A DNA stretch of 64,000 nucleotides from positions 9,993 through 73,992 of the forward strand of contig CAYVSA010000001.1 of the NCBI GenBank assembly GCA_964454175.1, read 5' to 3'. A program made the translations under genes and the position numbers. Within the stretch, counting starts at the first letter, position 1. Each line of letters begins with the position of its first letter. Positions 57,822 through 64,000 of this stretch are shown here, piece after piece. Below the pieces are notes generated by a model, which ran no database searches, was not told where the DNA came from, and worked only from the letters and a program-made list of their open reading frames with translations. The DNA comes from an uncultured Pseudomonadota bacterium (GTDB lineage Bacteria; BMS3Abin14).

Positions 57822-59108
57822 ATGGCAGACGTTTCCAGTAGAGATTTCGAGAAGGCTCTTGCAGTTGGGCGCCCGCCCAATATAGTGAGGCTGTTTCCCA
57901 ACTCCAGAGCACTTATTGTGAGTGGGAAGGTTATAGACAGAGCCTTGATCGCCAAGGGAAATGCCATGACCATAGCCGCAAATGGCCGGAATCAGTTTGT
58001 CATAAGGGGCGCTCTTGCGGCAGCACAGAGGGCCAATGCAGCTGTCATCCTGGAGATAGCAAAGTCCGAGGGGGGCGCCAGCGCGTACTGTGCGGTCAAT
58101 TTCTGGAACCTGGCCAGGATAGCAGACGCCATTGCCAATGAACTGAAGATCACTGTTCCAGTGGCCATTCACGCCGATCACTATGGCATCAAGGGAGACG
58201 AAGATGTCGAGAGGGCAAAAGTCGAGATACCCTCCATGTTTGATGCTGGCATAACTTCCATCGCCATTGACGCGTCTCACCTGCCCGACGACCGAAACCT
58301 CCTTGCGAGCCTGGCCCTGGCGGATTACGTTCCAAAATGGGCCGGACTCGAGACGGAAGTTGGAGAGATCAAGGGAAAGGAGGGCCTTTCTACCGAAGAG
58401 GAAGCACTGTTCCTGGTGCAGGGACTTAATGCCCACGATGTGTTCCCCGACTGGATAGCCCTGAATAACGGCACTACCCACGGCATAGAGAGTTCTGATG
58501 CCGGTATTCAGGTAGATCTGACGTCAAGAATTCACAAGACTATCGAGCCCTACAAAATCTCCGGTGCCCAGCACGGAACTTCCGGCAACAGCAGTGAACG
58601 CTTGAGAAAGATAGCGTCCGAAACCAACACCACGAAAGCTAACGTTGCCACTGCACTTCAGATGATAACTTGGGGTGTGAAGGTGAATGATTACGGCAAT
58701 GCGATGCTCGACGATGCGGGAAATTTTGCCAAGGTTTCCGAATCCGGCGTAACAGATAAGATGTGGTCCGATATGGTTGCTTTTGCAGCAGAAAAAGGCC
58801 TCAAGGGCGGGGATTACAAGAAGCTCAACCTCCCCTTTGAGAACCACCTCCTGGGCCAGCCGGAAGATGTCAGGGTAAGGATGGCCGGTGCGGTAGAGGA
58901 TTTTGTCTACACTCTTCTGACAGAAGTTTTCAACGCCGGCGACACAGCCACCCTTGCATTAGATGCAATTCTTTCAGCCGGTAATTACGACCTCGGCCCC
59001 AAGACAGGCAGGACCGAAGACCCTGCCGAGTGGACAGAGGACAAGATCATCTCAAAGGCTGCTGCTATCGACTCGGACAAGGGGCCCTCAGGCGATTTCG
59101 AGGATTGA
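57822..59108 (+). CDS. Class II (metal-dependent) fructose/tagatose-bisphosphate aldolase family protein, long form
   Basis: 'VAIHADHYG', 'ALNNGTTHG' and 'GAQHGTSG' correspond to the class II aldolase metal and phosphate-binding motifs. Length is 428 aa. Confidence 0.6.
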   Translation: MADVSSRDFEKALAVGRPPNIVRLFPNSRALIVSGKVIDRALIAKGNAMTIAANGRNQFVIRGALAAAQRANAAVILEIAKSEGGASAYCAVNFWNLARIADAIANELKITVPVAIHADHYGIKGDEDVERAKVEIPSMFDAGITSIAIDASHLPDDRNLLASLALADYVPKWAGLETEVGEIKGKEGLSTEEEALFLVQGLNAHDVFPDWIALNNGTTHGIESSDAGIQVDLTSRIHKTIEPYKISGAQHGTSGNSSERLRKIASETNTTKANVATALQMITWGVKVNDYGNAMLDDAGNFAKVSESGVTDKMWSDMVAFAAEKGLKGGDYKKLNLPFENHLLGQPEDVRVRMAGAVEDFVYTLLTEVFNAGDTATLALDAILSAGNYDLGPKTGRTEDPAEWTEDKIISKAAAIDSDKGPSGDFED

Positions 59109-59137
59109 CCGCCATTGTCCGACGTGAACATGAACTG

Positions 59138-59170
59138 AAAATGGCGCCCTATGGCGCCATTTTCTTGTTT
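59138..59170. terminator. Bidirectional intrinsic terminator between the aldolase gene (+) and the cupin gene (-)
   Basis: 'AAAATGGCGCC-ctat-GGCGCCATTTTCTTGTTT' forms an 8-bp GC stem with T-tracts on both strands. Confidence 0.6.
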
Positions 59171-59219
59171 ATGAAAAAAGGGTCCCCGTTCCGCACATGT
59201 CGCACGTGCCGGTACCGGT

Positions 59220-59570
59220 TTAATCCCGGACCATCACCAGCAGCATCTTGAAGCGTTCAATGGCACTAAGGGCGTGGGGAATGTTGGCCGGCATCATCAC
59301 TGACTGGCCTGTGGAGGCTGTTACTGTTTCTTCCCCGATCTTTATCTCAACCTTTCCGTCCAGGACCTGGACAAGAGCGTCGAAAGGAGCGGAGTGTTCG
59401 CTGAGCCCCTCTCCCTGGTCGAATGAAAACAGGGTCACAGTGCCTTTACTGCTCTTGACTATAGTGCGGCTAACAACCGAACCTGATGAGTAATCAACGA
59501 GGCTCTCCAGGTCCAGCGCTTCTGAGTGGGGCATGCCGGATGACATGTCGCCCTGCTTATGTTCTGCCAT
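59220..59570 (-). CDS. Cupin domain protein
   Basis: It has a small beta-barrel signature: 'LFSFDQGEGLSEHSAPFDALVQVLDGKVEIKIG...GQSVMMPANIPHAL'. Confidence 0.6.
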   Translation of the reverse strand: MAEHKQGDMSSGMPHSEALDLESLVDYSSGSVVSRTIVKSSKGTVTLFSFDQGEGLSEHSAPFDALVQVLDGKVEIKIGEETVTASTGQSVMMPANIPHALSAIERFKMLLVMVRD

Positions 59571-59814
59571 CGTAAACTCCTTTCAATAATAGTGCTCTAT
59601 ACGCTGATTTTAACAGGTTTCGAGTAAAGAATATCCAAAGATACGTCGCCCGACATTGATATACCTCAAACAGAACATTGTTTTTGACCAGTGTGTTTTT
59701 GGTTGTTGATTCGAGAGGAAAGGGAAAATGACACTTTTCGTTTTCCGAGGAGTAAAAAGCCACTCATGGACTTTTTACGACACTATCAAAGTTATATATT
59801 GAAGGTTAACGGAC

Positions 59815-60930
59815 TCAATCTTTTTCGTCTAATTTACGCTGGACAACGCAGTATATCCCTCCCTCTCTCATGCCCGGCCGGAAGCACAGGTTGCACGAGA
59901 TGCAGGTGGCTCGGTGAGATGGGTCATCCTTCCAGATATTTATCAGGTTCGGTTCCCTGATCAGGGGCCTCGAGAGGGCGAACATGTCAGCGGCGCCGTC
60001 CCTTAAGAGGTCCTCAATAAGGGAAAATGTCCTCAGGCCGCCCACGAGGATCACTGGTATACTGACGTTCTTTCTTATCTCTGAGGACAGGCGTGCATTG
60101 TAGGCTTCCTTTTCTGGCCTGTTAATGCCCTTGCGAACGGGGACGCCGTCGCCGGACCCGGAGGTGCCGGCGCTGACCTCGATAGCGTTAATACCCAGTT
60201 TCTCCAACCGGACAGCTGTCCGGACAGCTTCCGCAATTTCGATGCCTCCCTCAAGATTGTCCGATCCGGAAAGTTTGATAGTCACGGGGAAGCTATCTCC
60301 TACGGTGCTTCGAACTGCTTTAACAATTTCCGCCAGGAAGCGGAAGCGCTTTTCTTCCGATCCTCCGTACTCGTCCGATCTCCTGTTGGTGAGGGGTGAC
60401 AGGAACTGGTTGATCAGGTAGCCATGGGCCCCGTGAAGCTGGATCCCGTCGAAGCCTGCTGCAGCAAGCCGACCCGCGGCGAGCGCAAAATCCATTATAG
60501 TTCCATCGATCTGCGTGACCGTCATCTTCCGGGGAACTCCTGAATAGAACGGGCTCGGAACAGGAGACGGCGCCATGGGTATTCTTCCTGTTGCCCTCTG
60601 GGATGTCTGGGCACCGGCGTGCATCAGCTGGGGAAACACAACTCCACCTGCTTCGTGTACAGCCTCGGCCAGGTGTCGAAGGGAAGGGATGATATCATCG
60701 GCCCACGCGCCGAGAGTACCAACCATCTGCTTTCCGTGGGGGTGTATATAGGTGTAGCCGGTTGTTATGAGGCCTACGCCGCCCCCGACGAGGTCACAGT
60801 AGAGTTTTTCGAGCCTTTGAGTCGGGCGGCCGTCATCATCACACATCCCCTCCCAGGTTGCGCTCCGCACGAACCTGTTTGGGATAATTACATTGCCGAT
60901 CTCGATCGGTTCGAACAATCTGCTGTCCAA
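59815..60930 (-). CDS. Old Yellow Enzyme family NADH:flavin oxidoreductase
   Basis: 'IGNVIIPNRFVRSA', 'HAGAQ' and 'GFDGIQLHGAHGYLINQFLSPLTNRR' are the OYE TIM-barrel motifs. Confidence 0.8.
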   Translation of the reverse strand: MDSRLFEPIEIGNVIIPNRFVRSATWEGMCDDDGRPTQRLEKLYCDLVGGGVGLITTGYTYIHPHGKQMVGTLGAWADDIIPSLRHLAEAVHEAGGVVFPQLMHAGAQTSQRATGRIPMAPSPVPSPFYSGVPRKMTVTQIDGTIMDFALAAGRLAAAGFDGIQLHGAHGYLINQFLSPLTNRRSDEYGGSEEKRFRFLAEIVKAVRSTVGDSFPVTIKLSGSDNLEGGIEIAEAVRTAVRLEKLGINAIEVSAGTSGSGDGVPVRKGINRPEKEAYNARLSSEIRKNVSIPVILVGGLRTFSLIEDLLRDGAADMFALSRPLIREPNLINIWKDDPSHRATCISCNLCFRPGMREGGIYCVVQRKLDEKD

Positions 60931-60958
60931 TCTTTCCTCCTGCGGGGTGCCTTCCTTT

Positions 60959-62089
60959 TTACGGTCTTATTGTCCGGTCCAGGACTTCCCTGTACCTGTC
61001 TGCCAGGCTGTCCCAGGAGAGGTGTGTCATATCTGGCGCCTTCCGGCATCTGATCTCGTCGGGGTTCCTCACCATTTCCCTTAGCCTGCCTGCAAGTTCG
61101 ACAATCTCCGCATCCGGGTCATTCAAACAGGACTTGAACCTGAAATCATCAGGTATGAATTCCATATAGGCCAATCGGTCAGGAACCAGGGGAAGACACC
61201 CTGAAGCAACCGCCTCCAGCAGGGCGATACCCTGGAATTCGTGAAGCGATGTGGATACTACTACATCACTCTGTCGTATTATCTTTCTGTATTCTGACAC
61301 ATCTTCAACAAAACCCCACGTGCTTATGTGTCGTGCAAGGCGTTTTCTGGCCTCAGGAAAGATCTCCGGGCACTCTCTGAAACGCTGTCCGAGTACGTTG
61401 AGCCTGAAGCTGCCGCCACCTTCAGATATCTCGTAAAGAGCTCTGAAAAAGCGATCAGGCGCCTTGTCGTATTCCCAGCGGTGGTTCCACAAAATTGTGA
61501 GTGGTGAACCTTTTTTGGGTGGTTTTCCGGGGTTGTAGCAGTAACTGTCAAGCGGCACGGGGACAATCTCGGAACGGGCTTCAATGCCCTGGATAACTCC
61601 GTCAGGTATACAGTCAGGGAGCATACCCAGGAGGCTGGCGGCACCTTCCAGAAATGAGTCCCTGTTGTAAATTGAGTTAAATACTACCAGATCGGAGGCC
61701 ATGGCTGTGTAGAGGTTCGTTATCATGTAATTCTGCCCCTCTTTACGTTCCAGGCGTTCGGGGTATGCGAACTGATTTTCATGAAAGTAGACAACACTGG
61801 GTAGTGCTGCAAGGGAAGGGACCATCCCCTTCAGGGCCGAAAGGTCGGTCATGGATGTTGCCAGGAGAAGGTCGTGGCCCTGTTCCAGAATATCACGCGA
61901 ACCTGCCGCCCAGGTAAGAGCATTTCCCCTGCTTCGCCATGCAAAATTACGTGGCGGCAGGGACAGGACAGACCAGGAATGTTCTGGAATGTGCTCTTCG
62001 AGTTGCTCCCTCCAGCGCCGGTGGCTGCCGGCATCGTAAGCGGAAAGCAGCAGCACCCTTGTCTGGGCTGATCCGGGCTCTGTTTTCAA
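60959..62089 (-). CDS. DUF3524 + glycosyltransferase family 1 protein (GTDC1/queuosine-tRNA mannosyltransferase-like)
   Basis: The N-terminus 'VLLLSAYDAGSHRRWREQL' is typical of DUF3524. The C-terminal GT-B half contains 'EFQGIALLEAVASGCLPLVP'. Confidence 0.55.
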   Translation of the reverse strand: MKTEPGSAQTRVLLLSAYDAGSHRRWREQLEEHIPEHSWSVLSLPPRNFAWRSRGNALTWAAGSRDILEQGHDLLLATSMTDLSALKGMVPSLAALPSVVYFHENQFAYPERLERKEGQNYMITNLYTAMASDLVVFNSIYNRDSFLEGAASLLGMLPDCIPDGVIQGIEARSEIVPVPLDSYCYNPGKPPKKGSPLTILWNHRWEYDKAPDRFFRALYEISEGGGSFRLNVLGQRFRECPEIFPEARKRLARHISTWGFVEDVSEYRKIIRQSDVVVSTSLHEFQGIALLEAVASGCLPLVPDRLAYMEFIPDDFRFKSCLNDPDAEIVELAGRLREMVRNPDEIRCRKAPDMTHLSWDSLADRYREVLDRTIRP

Positions 62090-62133
62090 CAGCCTGCACC
62101 GAAGAAATTAATGTATGTAAGTGGGATCAAATC

Positions 62134-62634
62134 TCAGCCGATGGCAGCCAGAGCGCTGTCATAGTCAGGTTCCTGAGAGATTTCCGGGACCTGTTCGCTG
62201 TAAAGGATCCTTCCGTCCTCTCCAATTACAATAACAGCCCTTGACATGAGCCCGGCAAGTGGTCCGTCTGCGATCCTGACCCCGTAATTGTCACCGAAGC
62301 TCCTGTACCTGAAGCACGAGAGGGTGATTACGTTATCCAGGCCCTCGGCTCCGCAGAACCGCTTCTGGGCGAAGGGCAGATCCTTTGAGATGCAAAGCAC
62401 TTCAGTGTTGGTGAGTTTGCCGGCCTCCTCGTTGAATTTCCTGACTGAGGCTGCACAGACGTCAGTATCCAGACTGGGAAAAACGTTCAGGACAAGACGT
62501 TTGCCGGCGAAATCCTCCAGGGAGACATCTGCAAGATCATTCGAAGTCAACAAAAAGCCTGGAGCCATGCTCCCGTTTTCGGGCAGGTCTCCGACAGTAT
62601 TGGCCGGATTTCCCTTAAGAGTGATCTGAGCCAT
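62134..62634 (-). CDS. tpx: Thiol peroxidase (atypical 2-Cys peroxiredoxin) Tpx
   Basis: '[21 protein letters not shown]' carries the peroxidatic Cys, and '[11 protein letters not shown]' the resolving Cys. Confidence 0.85.
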   Translation of the reverse strand: MAQITLKGNPANTVGDLPENGSMAPGFLLTSNDLADVSLEDFAGKRLVLNVFPSLDTDVCAASVRKFNEEAGKLTNTEVLCISKDLPFAQKRFCGAEGLDNVITLSCFRYRSFGDNYGVRIADGPLAGLMSRAVIVIGEDGRILYSEQVPEISQEPDYDSALAAIG

Positions 62635-62776
62635 TAGTAACCTCCTTGTTCGGATGTCATGTAAAATATCATTATAAACCTTATTTCTATTATAATTTAA
62701 GTTTTACAAAAGGCTATTTGGTAACGCATTAATTGAAGTCAGACACCTTAAAAATCTGACAATTGACAACAAAATC

Positions 62777-62790
62777 TATTAATATTAATA
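62777..62790. promoter_or_regulatory. Perfect 14-bp palindrome TATTAATATTAATA overlapping a TTGACA-N17-TAATAA promoter-like element in the tpx/thioesterase divergent region
   Basis: Both are seen directly: the TTGACA at 62763-62768, and the palindrome at 62777-62790 in the spacer/-10 region upstream of the + strand thioesterase gene and the - strand tpx. Confidence 0.3.
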
Positions 62791-62819
62791 ACTTACATCA
62801 TGTTTAGCGTTGATTAATC

Positions 62820-63320
62820 TTGCTTCGAATTGAATATGAGTGTAACCTCCAAGGCTGGAAAAGGGGCGGCACAAAAAGGGAGGACCAATTGGATAAAAAC
62901 CTGGATGGACTCAAAAAGTTTATGTTGGAGGAAGTTCCGTTCCATTCATTTCTCAAGCTGAAGATCGTTGACCTCGAAGAAGGCTACGCAAAACTCATGC
63001 TCCCGTTCAGGAAGGAATTCCTGGGTGACGTGCGAAGGCCAGCCCTTCACGGCGGTATCATATCTACGCTGATCGATGTCAGCGGCGGCGCTGCAGTCTG
63101 GACCCACTTCAGCGTAGATGACGGCATCTCAACTATCGACATAAGGGTAGATTATCTGCGGCCTGGCCCTGACGGCGACCTCGTTGCCGAGGCAAATGTG
63201 GTAAGAGTTGGCAACCGGGTAGCGGTAGTGAGCACTAAGGTCTACATCAAGGGCAATAAGGAGAAGGTGATCGCCGAGGGCCGTGCGGCTTACAATATCA
63301 GGCGCGCCGACGATATATGA
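62820..63320 (+). CDS. PaaI/YbgC-type hotdog-fold thioesterase
   Basis: 'GDVRRPALHGGIISTLIDVSGGAAV' and 'EANVVRVGNRVAVVSTKVY' are present. The true start is probably an internal Met (MLEEV). Confidence 0.65.
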   Translation: MLRIEYECNLQGWKRGGTKREDQLDKNLDGLKKFMLEEVPFHSFLKLKIVDLEEGYAKLMLPFRKEFLGDVRRPALHGGIISTLIDVSGGAAVWTHFSVDDGISTIDIRVDYLRPGPDGDLVAEANVVRVGNRVAVVSTKVYIKGNKEKVIAEGRAAYNIRRADDI

Positions 63321-63486
63321 TCAGTTCCACATCGAAATTTCTTTGCGGCCCTTCACGCCGTGTATTTTCACCGGTATTTTCCAGGCAAAAATAATACGCA
63401 ATGTGCTAAATTTTGTAATGGATCGCCTCCAGGGTTGTCTAACCTTTATTGAACAGTAAGGCTTATGGTTTCAAAGCCCGTTCCTG

Positions 63487-63783
63487 GTGGGGCGCGTTGT
63501 TTCCGGAGGCCTGTTGTTGAAAGCCCACCCGGTGGGCATAGAGGAGGCTGCAATGCTGATCTGGATAATAATAGCTCTGATCCTCGCTTTCCTGACGCTG
63601 GCCGAGGTAGCTCTTGGCTTTACTATTCCTTTCGTCGCCCTGAGGAGCTCTGCTCTCTTCCTGGTGATCCTCGGAATGGCGTACAGGATATATATCATGC
63701 AGCGAATGGGCGAGAAGGAGGACATGAAGAGGCGCATTAAAGAACTTGAGGATAAGGCCAGGGAGGAAACATTGACTGTTTGA
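63487..63783 (+). CDS. Small membrane protein (2 TM) with a charged C-terminal coiled segment
   Basis: It is hydrophobic: 'MLIWIIIALILAFLTLAEVALGFTIPFVALRSSALFLVILGMAY'. It is followed by a strong terminator. The start is probably the internal Met at about 63553. Confidence 0.4.
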   Translation: MGRVVSGGLLLKAHPVGIEEAAMLIWIIIALILAFLTLAEVALGFTIPFVALRSSALFLVILGMAYRIYIMQRMGEKEDMKRRIKELEDKAREETLTV

Positions 63784-63808
63784 AATAACGAGAATTTCCT
63801 GCAATGCA

Positions 63809-63836
63809 GGAGGCCCTTCGCGGCCTCCTTTTTTTA
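63809..63836 (+). terminator. Rho-independent terminator (GGAGGCC-cttcgc-GGCCTCC + T8)
   Basis: A 7-bp GC stem followed by TTTTTTTATT lies 25 nt after the stop at 63783. Confidence 0.7.
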
Positions 63837-64000
63837 TTCTGCCTACCCTCAGACAGCCCCGTGTCTGTTCCGGGTGCCGGCCCTGGAGGTGCGGGCTTTC
63901 CCAATTTGTCTGTCTACGGAAGACATCATCCTGTCAGCGCCTGGCCTTGCCGCGGGCCTTCCTGTACAAGGACATGAGCTCAGGGTTTACCATGGCTGGC

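Noticed and set aside
60901-60920. GGTTCGAAC sequence resembling a tRNA T-loop
   Set aside because: It lies inside the well-supported OYE coding sequence, with no cloverleaf context. I found no tRNA-like structures in any intergenic region.
1-64000. Mobile elements, CRISPR arrays, integrases, toxin-antitoxin pairs
   Set aside because: I saw no transposase or integrase-like ORFs, no direct-repeat/spacer arrays and no terminal inverted repeats. Gene order is consistent with a conserved core-chromosome region.

Overview
This 64-kb window is GC-rich (~57%) and gene-dense, and looks like the chromosome of a diderm, probably anaerobic or facultative bacterium. The evidence for a diderm lifestyle is the SurA-like chaperones, TatABC, a pseudopilin fragment and the ADP-heptose genes. 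I found no mobile elements, CRISPR arrays, tRNAs or rRNAs. Almost all of it is core energy and redox metabolism.

Gene content by region:
- 1-8.4 kb: a 5'-truncated pseudopilin-like gene, an M24 peptidase, a DUF362 Fe-S protein, moaA preceded by a candidate Moco riboswitch and terminator, an MshEN-domain protein, tatC/tatA, nadA, moaC and a PilZ protein.
- 8.4-18.7 kb: a YjbQ-family protein, a zinc-ribbon/TM2/GltD-like membrane oxidoreductase, an S4-domain protein, two SurA/parvulin PPIases, mfd, and an ADP-heptose cluster (gmhA, an unknown 330-aa protein, the hldE adenylyltransferase domain).
- 18.7-23 kb: a minus-strand operon encoding an 11-heme cytochrome c, a cytochrome b and a 12-heme NapC/NirT-like cytochrome, ending in the redox sensor rex.
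- 23-26.3 kb: ATP synthase Fo genes atpZ-atpI-atpB-atpE (the c subunit carries a Na+-type Q/E-S/Y signature) and hemL.
- 26.5-49 kb: a complete 14-gene complex I operon, nuoA-N.
- 49-64 kb: a PilZ protein, a CBS-GGDEF diguanylate cyclase, a CDF transporter, slyD, an ABC transporter, ltaE, a class II aldolase, a cupin, an OYE flavoreductase, a DUF3524 glycosyltransferase, tpx, a PaaI thioesterase and a small membrane protein.

The most unusual feature is an extra module inserted between nuoG and nuoH:
- a standalone cyclic-nucleotide-binding-domain protein;
- a second NuoE;
- a 1027-aa NuoF fused to an N-terminal thioredoxin-like 2Fe-2S domain and a C-terminal GltD-like NAD(P)H/FAD domain;
- a second NuoG-like subunit that keeps a formate-dehydrogenase-like Arg-x-Gly-His motif but has Gly where the Mo-ligating Cys/Sec would be;
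- a zinc-ribbon/TPR protein.
Together these look like an Fds/Sfr-like NAD(P)H module embedded in complex I.

A c-di-GMP signalling set (two PilZ proteins, MshEN, GGDEF) is scattered through the window.
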